Assembly (NCBI RefSeq): GCF_000485595.1
Contig: NW_014577068.1
Location: 680,037 to 725,395 of the forward strand
Direction: 5' to 3'
Length of the DNA stretch: 45,359 nucleotides
Source of the DNA: Priapulus caudatus
Taxonomy: Eukaryota
Below, piece by piece: positions 1-12,139 of this stretch (its first letter is position 1; each line of letters begins with the position of its first letter). A model generated the notes under the pieces. It was not told the origin of the DNA. It did not search any database and worked only from the letters and a program-made list of their open reading frames with translations. The translations under genes and the position numbers were made by a program.

Positions 1-2
1 CG

Positions 3-69
<67 letters not shown>

Positions 70-187
70 GCGCGCGCGTGCGCGTGCGCGTGCGTGCGTG
101 TGTGTGACGTGCGTTGCCTAACTGTTGTCGTCGTCGTCGTTGTCGTCATTGTCGTTGTCGACGTCGTTATTGTTGCTGTTGTTGTAG

Positions 188-225
<38 letters not shown>

Positions 226-250
226 ACTGCTGCTGCCGCTGTTGTTGTCG
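1..250. repeat. Compound microsatellite (CGTG)n/(GT)n then (GTT/GTC)n
   Basis: Visible. Confidence 0.9.
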
Positions 251-365
251 TGCTTTTGTGATGAGACACTTGGCGTGGTAAATTTGAGGCGGCAGCGTTG
301 TACTCTAATTCAGATTTCGCTTGCTTTATAATCATTCGTACCACTGCTCGCACTATTACGTTGCC

Positions 366-464
366 ATGGCGATAGCGTCCTCCTCCTCGGCAGCCACGCG
401 TCGAGATTCAAACGAACCCAGATACGAGTACGTCCGTCGTTTCAGAGAGGAATTTCTCTATCTG
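366..464 (+). CDS. Candidate short first coding exon MAIASSSSAATRRDSNEPRYEYVRRFREEFLYL
   Basis: gccATGG Kozak match, open frame, donor CTG|gtaatg in phase 0. Confidence 0.3.
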
Positions 465-1938
465 GTAATGCTGCAGACTTGCGAGCACGCCATGTCACTT
501 ACAGACGCTTGGAACGTTTCAATAAAATTTGTTTTCCTTTAAATGCCGTTTAAATGCTCCTGTGCAACACACAAGTACACCGCGCGCACGCCGCTGTGCA
601 GAAACAACAAGAATTTAAACAACAATAATGTTGTACTGGGAAAATGGTGAGATCTCCGTGTAGGATCTGTAGCGTCGACAGCGTAGAGTAGCAGCGTAGT
701 CGTGTGATAACCAGTAGAGAGTAGACGTAGTCGCAGCTTCGTTGTTGAATTAGGACTTTATTAGTAAACTCGAACACATACAAAATATATACATACGTAC
801 GGCAACCTAGGTGGGTGACCGTGCCTAGGTCCCGTCGTCTCAATCTCTCTACATCGTGGTAGGTAACCCCTCCTGGGTAGGTAACCTCTGTAACTCGGTG
901 CCTATATCTTCCGTCTCCCCGAGCGTATATTTATACGCTTCTTAAAAGCGCCCGGACGCCCCACAATCCGAACCAGTTTCTCCCCGCAGCTTCTACTATT
1001 AGTGACATATTAACGCGCAATTGTCTGTAATCGTTAGGGTGCGCGGTAGGGCTACGTATATATATACGAGCATACGTCCCATGTTATTACCAAAACAACA
1101 ATAACTAGCCAGGGTTAGAAGTATAGACGCAGCCCTACAATACAACAATAATAATAAACAACAATAACAAGAAGCGTTTACGTGTGCGTGCGGGCGTCGA
1201 CGCCGCCGTGTCGCGCGTGTAATAAATTGGACGTAATTCTAGCTTACGTTACATGTGCGTGTGGGCCGAGCCGAGCACGAGGGGACAGCAAAACAGATGC
1301 AAGTGGAGCTGAGCGTTGCTCTGCCCCTGCCACGCGCCGAGGCGGTGTGGCCGGAGTGTTTGTTTGCGTTTGAAGCTGAAGCTGGTGGCAGCTGAAGGCG
1401 ATCCAGGCACACGTTACCGAGTGTAAGCTTGTTTAGCGCACCGCGGCGGCTTTTTCGTGGCAGGCGTTGTGTGATCGATGTATTTAGATAACCCGACGTG
1501 AACCAGTAATGACTCGGTGTCTTCTTCAACAGGGCTATTCGACTAATAAACATAGAACGATTACATGCATTGATCATTAGGTAATGCACGCATGAGTAGA
1601 CAATACGTTCCACTGTGAAGCGCTATTGGCTCAATAAAATATCGCTAAGCTACGGCCCCTGTGGGAGGGAAGAAAAAGATGTTAAAGACTATGTTGTCAG
1701 TGGCATGGCTCTGAAATCGCTACTCATCTCTCCCCATCGGTGGTGTATACTAGGAATCGCATAAGGTTACATGACATGGAACTGTAGTTGTCTTTGGAAA
1801 TTACGTGTCACGATATACGTAACTACAGCTTCTTCTATCTTCGGTAAAGATGCACAAACTTAAAAGATACCCCTGAGTAATAACTGTAGAGCAGCTCGAT
1901 CACACACAGCAGCAGCTAGTGGACACCGTAGCAGCAGC

Positions 1939-2628
1939 ATGTGTAGCAGAAAGATTCGCACAGGACGTGTTGTCACCGAACCCTGGCCTGTCGCGTCCAC
2001 ATCGATAGAAAATATGCCAGCCTCCCGTCGTCACCTCGTGTTGACGGACTCTTCCGATGACGAAGAAGAGTCGTCAACCGACTACGAAACCGCAAACGAG
2101 GATGAAGACGAAGAAGCCAAAGACGAGGAAAAAGAGTACGAGTACGTGGATGTGGAGGAGAATGTGGTGATGCGAGAGGCTGCGTGTGAGCTGGATGCGG
2201 ACGCTGAGTGGGCTTCGGACGAGGACTCTGGTTCGCTGACGTCCGGTGATTCGGTCACGGGGTACGGGGAGTTCCATCCCTTCACAAACCTCTACTGGAA
2301 ACCCGAGAATGGAGACGGAAAATTTTCTTTTGCCGACGAGGAAAACTTTGACACGGACGCGGCACTGCCCAGTACTGGCCCTGCTTCTACACGAGAGGGG
2401 AAAGCTACAATGTTAAATTCTACAAGAGAACGAACAGCGTTTGACTTCTTTACGCAATGCGGCAAGGGGTGGAGGTTTGATGAGCTCGGTCTAGAAGACC
2501 AGCCGCAATTCGCTGAACCATGGTTCAACGTGCCCAAGCTGAGACTAAGCCAGTGTACCGAGTTTGAACAACTGGACAACATTCTTAAATTTGATGAGCT
2601 GCCAATGCCTAAGGTGCAACAAACAGGG
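1939..2628 (+). CDS. Orphan acidic coding-like exon (230 codons) ending at a consensus donor; unknown product
   Basis: 241-aa ORF with protein-like composition (Asp/Glu tract, then FHPFTNLYWKP...WRFDELG...WFNVPKL); GGG|gtgagt at 2629 in phase 0. Confidence 0.5.
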
Positions 2629-2964
2629 GTGAGTGAATACACACAGGAGTGTTTGCTAACGTAACCTAGCGGCATCATATCTAACCACCAAATTATTAAG
2701 CATCTTTACCTATACTAGGTTCCCTCCCTTTACCACACCTTTACCACAGCAGCGTGTGTTTATAGCTGGTTGCGATGCGCGTGGCCCGCTGAACGCATGT
2801 TTACGAAATAGCGTGTATCCCGCGATGTGGCAGCATCCAGCGAAAATATGATAGCCTCATAAAATAAATATTGCGCTCACAGCTGCGCGGCTGTAAGTAG
2901 CAGAAAATACCTGCCTCGGCAGCGAGCGACATCTGGATTCCGTGAATGGGATGAGAGAGAGAGA

Positions 2965-3007
<43 letters not shown>

Positions 3008-3944
3008 AGTGGGGAGTGGGAAAGAGAGGGAGATAGAGGAGAGAGAATGAGAGAGAGAGAGCGAAATGCTGCGTGATGCATATGTATATACAGTAGCTCT
3101 AGTGTAGTGAAGCCCACCCTACATGGTTAGTTATCTCTAAACCAACATCCCGCCTGCGTACTCCCTTAAATTTATTAGCTACACATTATGACCCAAATTA
3201 TTGCTGCTCACATGGCGCTTGCTTATATATGTGTATACGTTATGGCAAGTGCTTTATTTAACCACCAGTTCACCCCGTGTAGCTGTTGGTGTGCACGTTC
3301 GTGGCCGCAAATTTGCTTCCTGCTACATATGTGTCGAATTTGCCCGTGAGAGGGCACGACAGTGTAGGATAGAGCAAGGCCACGCGGATTTCAGCAGCCG
3401 GTAGCATCTTGTGGTGTAGCCGTGGGATCGCATGACTCCGGTGCCACTTGACCTTGTCAGGAACAGTACCGGCAGGCTATTAACTAACCCCCAGTCGACC
3501 AGATACAACGGCTGTTGTTGCGGTGATCGAATGCCGGCTTCTGGCTTTCCTGATTTGGCCTATTAAACTTATTTCTGTTTGCTGTTCGTGTAACAGGCAC
3601 GCGTATTTATAGAAACTCCTGTGATGCCCTAAGATTTAGGGATTCTAACGATTCCGTCGCCGCATCACTGAGCCGGGGTATATTTTTTGGTATGGCTGTT
3701 CAGTGTTTGCTCTGCGCACCTGTTGGCGCGCGTAACTTAACGTGCGTAGCTTATGTGGTTTTTCTTACATGGTTTGTCGCTTGTTTACATTACGCTGTCT
3801 TCTCTGTTCCCGCCGATGCGATGCGATGCTGGAAGGGAAGAAGAGTGAAGCTGATCGCGTTCGCTGATAACCGTGCGTGCGGTCGCATTACGGCTCAGTG
3901 CTGGCTCGTCCCCGCGTGCAGCAGCTGCAGTTTCTCCAGTTCCT

Positions 3945-4180
3945 GGGCAAGTCCAAGAGAAGGTCCCCTTTCGGTCCCATACGTAACGCACCATGTTTTC
4001 TTAATTGCATAATCACCCCAAGGACAAATAACATATAAATTCTTGTGGGTATTCTCCTTGCAGATATCCAACATTGGATTAAAAAACAGTGAAATCAATG
4101 ACTGAATCTTAATTGCTTTTCAGAGTGTTAAACCTTCTGAATGTCCCATACGTAACGTGCGCAAACTCTTGGACTTGCCC
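3945..4180 (+). mobile_element. MITE, Sola2-like (copy 1)
   Basis: 15-bp TIR GGGCAAGTCCAAGAG...CTCTTGGACTTGCCC; flanks TCCT/TCCC (near 4-bp TSD); second copy at 8280. Confidence 0.8.
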
Positions 4181-4564
4181 TCCCTCTGTGCGCACGAGCG
4201 CACCGTCACTGTTCCGCTGAAGTTGCGCGGACATGTGCGGCGATCCCGGCGGGTTTCTTTGAGGCGGTAATCCCTGTCCGCGCGCGCTGAGCAGGTTATG
4301 CGCTCTAGAAATGATACACTTCTCTCTCTCCGCACACACGTGCCAGGCCGCGCTTGTAAGCGTAGCCTACACCTCCCGCCGGTATCGCCTTGCTTATAAT
4401 CGCGAGAGATGTGATGATTCCCCGGGGGCGGAAATGGGATGATTCCCGATTGACGTGGAGGGATAATCTGGATTAACGAAGCGTTTGGTGGTAGATGGAT
4501 GATGCTCGCAGGCAGTTGCTAAACACTGTGAGCTTTTTAACTGCTGGTGTTTAGACCATGTTAG

Positions 4565-4603
4565 CAGGAGTGAATAATAGAAAATCTCTATTATTCACTC
4601 TTG
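4565..4603. mobile_element. Ultra-short hairpin insertion (39 bp), CAGGAGTG termini, 7-bp TSD ATGTTAG
   Basis: 17-bp arms CAGGAGTGAATAATAGA / TCTATTATTCACTCTTG; ATGTTAG at 4558-64 and 4604-10. Confidence 0.75.
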
Positions 4604-4799
4604 ATGTTAGTGGTCATCGAGCCGATGGGGGTGGGGTTGCGCTGACGTACGTTTAGATTTGTCATCTCGGTCACTTTAGGCGTGTATGATTTACCTCGAG
4701 TTGAGGTGATTGCTTCCGCTTTTTCTTTTGTTGTGGCTCATCTTTACTTCTACTTTACTTCGCGTTGCTATTCGATTTTCATGTGAAACTTTGAATGCG

Positions 4800-4800
<1 letters not shown>

Positions 4801-4873
<73 letters not shown>

Positions 4874-4992
4874 GTGCGTGTGTGTGTGTNNNNNNNNNNG
4901 CCATCCCATGCCATCCCATGCCATCCCATCCCATCCCATGCCATGCCATCCCATCCCATCCCATCCCATCCCATGCCATCCCATCCCATCCC
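4801..4992. repeat. (GT)n/(CGTG)n and (CCATC)n microsatellites around a 10-N gap
   Basis: Visible. Confidence 0.9.
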
Positions 4993-5019
4993 AAACAGTA
5001 AAAAATAATAAGAAATCAA

Positions 5020-5647
5020 AAGAAGAAGCTTCAGCCTAGCCAAGACTGGAGCCTGTACGCTTGTGTAGGTCAATAGATTGAGTTCTCGCCTGTTCACTAT
5101 GTTCACTGTGTTCACCTGTAGCACAAATAGTTCAGTTGTTGCTACCAAACAATAATCTTAAGACACTCGCACGTTGCCGCCATCTATTGACGAATAGTAA
5201 AGTATTAATTTGTTTTCAATTTTTAACTTTTTAACTTTTCTTATTTTTTTAATGAATGTAGTAAATTGGCAGAAGTACTGGCTGAAGTTGCAGAAGTACA
5301 TACTAAAGAGGTAGGTAAAGGGAAAAAAGGGGAAAATAAGTTCCACAGCTGGGACTTGAACCCGGAATCCCTGTGTAGGAGACGGATGTTCTACCGATTA
5401 GGCCACTGCGCCGTTAAGGGTATACACCATGGATTCACACGTACGTGATGTTAATCTGTACCCACCACCATCTATTGATGAATAGAATTTTTATCAATTT
5501 TTTACTTTTTAACTTTTTTAAATTTTTGTTTCAGCCACCTCACAGATGTGCTGATTCTGAAAATATCTTTAGTTTTTCTCTAGGCTGCGGAGTTCTCTAG
5601 TTATGCGAGAACGGACCAATTCGGCTGAACAACTTTATATATATAGA
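5020..5647 (-). mobile_element. Helitron-like non-autonomous element carrying a tRNA-like segment
   Basis: Minus-strand 5' end A|TCTATATATATAAAG; 3' sub-terminal imperfect hairpin CTCCAGTCT..AGGCTGAAG; internal direct repeat CCATCTATTGAYGAATAG (5179, 5467); CTRR end degenerate. Confidence 0.4.
5342..5413 (-). pseudogene. tRNA-Arg(CCT)-like degenerate sequence (SINE head or tRNA pseudogene)
   Basis: Minus strand GGCGCAGTGGCCTAATCGGTAGAACATCCGTCTCCTACACAGGGATTCCGGGTTCAAGTCCCAGCTGTGG: A box, B box, CCT anticodon position; stems imperfect. Confidence 0.55.
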
Positions 5648-6780
5648 TAACGTTGCCTGCTTTAATTACATATTTCCCTTTTTTCGGTTTCCTGATGTTA
5701 TAGTGAAATAACCCAAACAAACGCTAGCGCAAAGTGAGAGAGAGGGGAGAAGGGCAAGTCCCATATGATGTCTCTGTGTTACTATATTTAGCGGATGCTG
5801 AAAGCTAGTGAAAGCTGGAGATTGCGAGCACGCGCAAAGAATGCGTGAGAGAGTCTTGAGTACGCCACTTGGCTTCTGTGCACTGCTGAATATTCCGGCT
5901 TTCCAGATCTCTGTGTGTACGTGTGTGTGTGTGCACGCGTGAGTGTGTGAAGTGTACGTGCGCGAATGGTCGCTCACCCACGTATGATCTCATCGGATAG
6001 GACACACTGGCTCTGTGTTCTTTCTTCTCCTCCAGGATAGCAGTTACCTAATAGAAAGCATCAATGCGGATAGCTCTGTCTTCTAAGATTTTAGCTGCGT
6101 AAGGGTGTCTGTGTGTGTAGAGAGAGAGTGAAATGTAGCTGTCATGACAACGACGTGTCTCAATCAGTTGCATGTGAAACCTGCAGTCCAGTCTGTTCAA
6201 GTCGACGTGTCGGTCTCTGACGTGCGTAGATCGGTCACTGCTACGATCAAAAGGCCACGAATGAGAAAGCATATAGTGTTCTCGTGTACATGATGTGCTT
6301 GTCTCTTGCACTTGTTCTCGCGTCTGGCATCCTAGCAACTGTAGAGAGAACTACAGACTCATTGATTGATTATTCGTCTGCTAGCCAGCGAGTCATCAGC
6401 AGAATATCGCTCATTTTCAAAGTCTGTTGCCTGACGGATAGAACTTCACTGTGTGCGCTAATGAGCATTCGTTGATATTAAGTCATCGCTTTTTTCTACG
6501 CTGAGAACATACTGTGCTACGCTGGAAAACTTTCTGAAAGTTGGTTGTTGCTTTCTCTGCGCCACGGAAGTCGCCAAGTTTCGTCTGTTTGCTTATAGAT
6601 ACTGATCTGTTTTTGTGGGTCTCTTATTTTCGAGATAACAATCAATAGTTTATTTTTTGCTTCGTGGGACATGCAGCTGTTTATGAGCTGTGTTCTGATG
6701 GCAGTGTTTACGCTACTGTGCATGTGTTAATTATGTCAGTTCTGTGCTTAATCTATGAACTATGGATGCCTATCAGCTAC

Positions 6781-6833
6781 CAGGAGTGTCATAATATAGA
6801 CACAATAATATAGTATATATTATGACACTCCTG
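6781..6833. mobile_element. Ultra-short hairpin, same CAGGAGTG family (53 bp)
   Basis: Perfect 18-bp arms CAGGAGTGTCATAATATA / TATATTATGACACTCCTG; no clean TSD. Confidence 0.65.
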
Positions 6834-8279
6834 ATATAAACTACCTGGTGGTTTCCTTTTCCATAAATTTCACGATGAGTAGCATATAACGTTCTTACTA
6901 TTCATTGCTATCCGAATGTCATTTTCGACTCCGTTCAGTATATCGTCCAGGGAATGTGTTGGTGTAGCTTGCGAAGCGGTCCACAGTTTCCGTTTAGTGT
7001 AAGTCGATGTGAAGAAGCCAGATTGAGCGATTTGTCGGATGCGATTTCTAAACAGTTACTCTTGTGTTTACGCTCAGATGGCTGCAGGCGAAAACCGCTG
7101 TGCAGACACTTCATATGTTCACACTCCTGCTCGTGGGGCCCTCCTGTACGTCATGTATAACAGTATACTTAAGATGAAGACGTGCAAGCCGCAGTGACAG
7201 TCCTTGGTATCACGACAAAACGCTATGTTTTTCGAGAATGTTAGACAGTAGACGATAGATATAACGATGTAATTACAAGCCATGTCATACACGGGCGTTT
7301 ATTTGTTATGTTTATAATCGTACATGTTGGTTATGTTTCCCGCCATGATGCTTAGCACAGCTACTTGTGTATTCTGAGTGTTATTAGTACGTCATTAGTC
7401 ATTATGTAGGCAGCTGTGGCAGTGAGTGGCTACTAGGGCCTGCTAGCCATTACACAAATAAACGGGCTATCTCCGTCATGGTGATTGTGCGGGGATCTAG
7501 TTCGTGGCCGTCACTCCCTGGCATGGTTTCTTCTTCACTTGCGCCAATTTCTCGTGGTTGGCAGGCTAAATATAAACAGTCAGAAATGTTGGCCTGGTTT
7601 TCGGTAGGTCAGCTGCAATGGTAGATGTGTTTTCCTTTTAGTAGCGCCAGGATTGATGCTGGAAACAGCAGAGAGTAGGTGGGTGGTTGGTTGGGGGGAG
7701 GAGATGAAATGCAATTTCGGCCGCATCCGTTTTAAGTAAAAATTGGATCTTAGGAAACTACGTTATTAACACTGCTAATTGATCTGCAGTTGAGATTCGA
7801 CAGTTTGTTTACATTCATATAACTGTGTACAGTCAAATTGATTTTATTTATCAACATTTTTTAAAGAAAATCTTTTTATGAATCACTTAAACGAAAAAAC
7901 GTCACTTGTGCTTGCACTGTAAAGAGCCGCACTTTCAACTAGGAGGTCTAACTCAACATGTGCCTTGGGTGTAACGTCACGGAGTTGAGTGGGGAGCTTC
8001 CTAGCCTAGAGTACCATTCAATACTGATAACAGATTTGTTCACCTAAGAGGCGAATATAAAGCTTAGAGCAGACTGTCGCTTCTAATTGGTCATGAGTGT
8101 ACGTAATTATGCTAGGACCCATCTGTGCTGAGGGTGGAGTTACACGGTGTTGTTGCGCGGTAATGCGTAACATGGCTTCAGTTTTACTTATGCGTTGCTG
8201 CGAAGTTGCTATTTTCATGCTTGCGTGTAGGGTTGGGGCGTCCGTGACAGTTACGTCAAATGTTTAGGGTCCGGTATAA

Positions 8280-8513
8280 GGGCAAGTCCAAGAGTTAGCG
8301 CACGTTACGTATGGGATATTCAGAAAGTTTAACCCTCCGAAAAGCAATTAAGATAGTCATTGATTTCACTGTTTTTTAATCCAATGTTGGATATCTGCAA
8401 GGAGAATACCCACAAGAATTTATATGTTATTTGTCTATGGGATGAGTATGTAATTAAGAAAACATGGTCCGTTACGTATGGGACCGCAAGGGGACCTTCT
8501 CTTGGACCTGCCC
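8280..8513 (-). mobile_element. MITE, Sola2-like (copy 2, inverted relative to copy 1)
   Basis: Reverse-complement match to 3945-4180; same TIR; perfect 4-bp TSD ATAA (8276-79 / 8514-17). Confidence 0.82.
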
Positions 8514-9189
8514 ATAATAGGTTCATAGCAATCCGTGTTAGTCGTGCTCGTATAGAATAAGATAAGCTAGCGATTGATTTATTCGTGTATAAACGTTTTT
8601 GCCAGGTGCAGCGTTAGTGAAAATTACTAAGTCGGTTATTGCTTCGGTAGAAAGAATCACAAGTCGTGCTTATGGAAAAAGAGGCTAGCGATTTATTCGT
8701 GTAGTGCGTGAAGGGTTTTTTCCCGGTGATCGCAGCGTTAGTGGAAGTCAGTGAGTCAGTTATTGTATCGGTAAAAAAACAGGTAGAGTTGGATTGGCGA
8801 CGGTTGTGTTAGTACAGATGCCTTTAGCTGCTGAGCTTATCTGCAATTGATTGTTTTCAGCAATTTCCCCGCCTGCTTGCAAACATGTTAAAGCGTTTAA
8901 AACCTCTTCCAGATGCAAGTTACTCTATTCTTTTCGGAACTGTTCGCTGCGAAAGTTTGAAATTTGTTTGGTTATCGGAGGCAATCTTTGCATGCAGGCT
9001 CTGCATACAGACAATTTTGTTTACCCGGCGAGTTATTTTCAATCTCTTCTGTGCGTGGAGAGAGCGGGAGTATTATGTTTGATGGATGTTGCATGGTGGG
9101 TGCTTCGTGCTTCGTGGTGTTGCATTCCCGCTGGCGTCGAGTGTTGTTTGTGTAGTATTAACAGCGATATAACAGCGAGCCGACGTGTG

Positions 9190-9378
9190 TGAGGGAAAGA
9201 AGGAGAGGAGGGAGGAAGGGAGAGAGACTTAAACAGATCGGAGGAGACGGTGAGAGAGAGAGAGACAGAAAGAAAGATGGGGGAGAGACAGAGGAAGCGT
9301 GAGAGAGACCATGGAAGAGAGCGTGAGAGAGGCCGTGGAAGAGCGCACGAGAGAGGGATATCGAGAGAGAGAGAGAAA

Positions 9379-9430
<52 letters not shown>

Positions 9431-9565
9431 AAGGGCGTGAAAGCGAGTTACAAACAGAGAGAGCAAGTTACAAACAGAGAGAGCGAGTGAGAGAGAGAGA
9501 GAGAGGGCGCGATAGACAGAGCGACGGGGAGAGAGCGAGAGAGAACGAGGGAGGTATAGAGAGAT
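9190..9565. repeat. (GA)n-rich polypurine tract (similar tract at 2953-3061)
   Basis: Visible. Confidence 0.9.
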
Positions 9566-10229
9566 CACTCACAGCATTAACAGTAATATTTAGGGCTTCA
9601 CTCGCAAATTGCGGCTCTTAACTGTTTGTGATCGCTCGTTAATCTAAACGTCGCGTCGCGCCTTCGCTATTTTGAGGTTGCACGTGTGATTTACGACACG
9701 CCCAATGTTTTCGTTTCGTGTCACGTTAGGGGCGTTTACTGCCAGCCTCCGCCTTAACATCTCATACAGCGGGTTCGATTGCGTAAATTGGATACGCAAG
9801 TGATCGGTGTGAGACGCTATCTGGCTACTTGCCACAGCCCACCTTCTCTCCACTCTTTTCTACACTTATCTTGTTCCTCTCCCTACCTCCCTTATTTCTT
9901 TCTCTCTACCCTCAGACCTTTTTCTCCTCCTCCCTTCTCTCTCGTCCACTCTTCTACACCTTCGTGCTTCCTCCTGCCATCCAGCCCTGGTCCAACCTTC
10001 TGACATGTCCTGAATTCACACTTCCTCTCTTTCCATCTATATTCTGTCTCTTTACCCGCTCTCCTAGTCCCCGATTATTTACGCCCGGCCTCCTCCCGCA
10101 TCATTCCACAGTCCCCTTTGGGAGCACGGTGGTGGATGTTGTGAAGGAGGAGGCGGAGGAGGAGGAGGGGGAGGAGAAGGAGGAGGAGGAGGAAGAGGAG
10201 TCGACTATGGGTTTCCCTGCCGATTGAAG

Positions 10230-10275
10230 CAGCTGGGTATAAATAGGTCTAAACTTTGCGACTGTACTCCACTCC
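10230..10275 (+). promoter_or_regulatory. Candidate core promoter: E-box CAGCTG (10230), TATAAATA (10238), Inr-like CCACTCC (A at 10271)
   Basis: TATA lies 33 nt upstream of a YYANWYY match, downstream of GA/CT-rich tracts and upstream of the 11429 ORF. Confidence 0.4.
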
Positions 10276-10860
10276 GCCAGGAGGTTGGTTCCCTGAGCGC
10301 AAAGCAAACTCGCAACGTATTCAGTTGCCCGACGCCAGAGGAAACTGCTGTCTCTCTCTTTCTCTCTCTCTCTCTCGCTGCGCTTTGTTTACATTACGTA
10401 GGATTTAGTTTATGCGTGCACGGCCGGTCCTATTTTCGACGATCCACGTAGCGTGCTGCTGGCGACGATTTCTTTGATATTTTTAGCATTCTAGATTTCT
10501 ACGCGCGCCGTGGCTTCCACGTGAGGCTGGATGGCTTCCATCCGTTAAGCAGGCTTGAGGCTTCATCAGTAGTGCTATCAACGTGTATCGCATAGCGGCT
10601 GTTATTCAGCGCCGCTCCAGCAGGCACAGGTTTCTGGTGTGCCCCGCAGTGGCCGCATGCTGCCCCGCAGTGGCTGTCCTCCTTCTCTCGTGTGTGTTAG
10701 ACAGGCTCCTCTGATGATTTTACATCGTTTAATTTGCCGGCTGTGTGGCCATCGTGTCGCCTCCTCGTTCATTAGCAACAAAACACCGCATTGATGGAGT
10801 TTCTTACCGCTTCGTTTTCCCGCCGGCGTGTGTGACGGATCTGGCAGATCTTGCCTAGTC

Positions 10861-10866
10861 GCAACA

Positions 10867-10913
<47 letters not shown>
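10861..10913. repeat. (GCA)n trinucleotide repeat
   Basis: Visible. Confidence 0.9.
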
Positions 10914-10914
<1 letters not shown>

Positions 10915-11428
10915 GTGGTGGCAGCGCTGTGGTAGCTGCGTCGCATTGACGACTCGTTGTGCGTGTGTTGCCGCATGGTAGTAAAGTAAGTAAGTAAGTA
11001 AGTATGTAAGTGTGCGTGCAGCAGCGACGATTACCTTGCAGTGTCGTGGTTGGAGCCGACAACGGGACAGACGCCGGCAATCGGCAGTCGTGCTGCTGTG
11101 AGACCAGTGCGCTATGATCAACGCTCGTGTGGTGACAACTAGTGGTGATGTGCATGTAAGGTCTGCACGCTGAAACAAATTACAGTTACTGTGATAAACT
11201 GGTTTGCGAGCGCCCCTGTGTGCGTGTCAGCGTGAATGGTCGGCCGCTCAGGTAAGACCTCGTCGCGAAGAAACTACGATTTATCTACTCGCGCTGTGAA
11301 TTCACTGACCCTGGACTTCACACCGAGGCAGTCCAGACACGACACTGTCGTGACTCCGCGCGATACGCGTGACTCGGTGACGCGGTGACGGTCTTGACCG
11401 GCCCGTGACCTCTCGTGACGACGACGCC

Positions 11429-11916
11429 ATGTCGGAGTACGTCGACCTCGGCGCGCTGACCGGCAAAGGTGGCGCCCCCAGCGGCCGGAAGTACCACTCG
11501 CTGCCGCGCGGCCGCCGCCGACACGTGCGCACCCCGAACCCGTTCTGCGTCATCGACCTATCACAGGTGCAGTGCGCCGACGACTTCGGCTCGAGCGAGC
11601 GTCTCTCGCCGACGTACGGCCTCCAGGGGGCGTTCGGGCGCTGGCCGGCGGCGGGCGGGAGCATGGCGACGCGGCGGAGCGTGTCGGCGAGCGACCTGAC
11701 CGCTCACGGGCGGCGGCGGACAGACAGCGGGGTGGTGCGGCGCGGGCGCGGCAGCACGGGCACGTCGATCGTCGACGTGTCGGCGGTGGCGCTGCGGCGG
11801 CAGGCGTCGCGGCTCAGCATCAACGTCGAGTTGGACGTTCGCTTCATCGACGCCGAGTATCGCGAGAACACGGTCGACGTCGGCACGGGCGACGATCTCA
11901 GCATCCACGACGCTAA
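11429..11916 (+). CDS. Orphan GC3-rich coding-like exon (MSEYVDLGALTGKGG...SIHDAK); unknown product
   Basis: gccATGT Kozak-like start; strong G/C third-position bias like the spectrin exons at 16-21 kb; runs into an (AT)n tract with no visible donor. Confidence 0.5.
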
Positions 11917-12139
11917 GATAAATATATACATAGATATATACATAGATACATACTTATATATATATATATAGATATATAGATATATATATATAGATGTATA
12001 GATACATATATATATATATATATATCGGTGTTCGCGTGTTTTTACTTTCTATAATTTTATAGTGATAAAAATTTAACAACTTATTCTATTTTTTATACTT
12101 GGTGGGGCGCCGGAACATGGTTGGACTGTAGGGGGGGGG

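Noticed and set aside
5342..5413. Functional tRNA gene
   Set aside because: Acceptor, anticodon and T stems pair poorly; kept only as a tRNA-derived pseudogene/SINE head.
9158..9621. SLSL/ERER and CVCV/HTHT ORFs (also 10-261, 4691-5148, 23799-24152)
   Set aside because: Translations of microsatellites.
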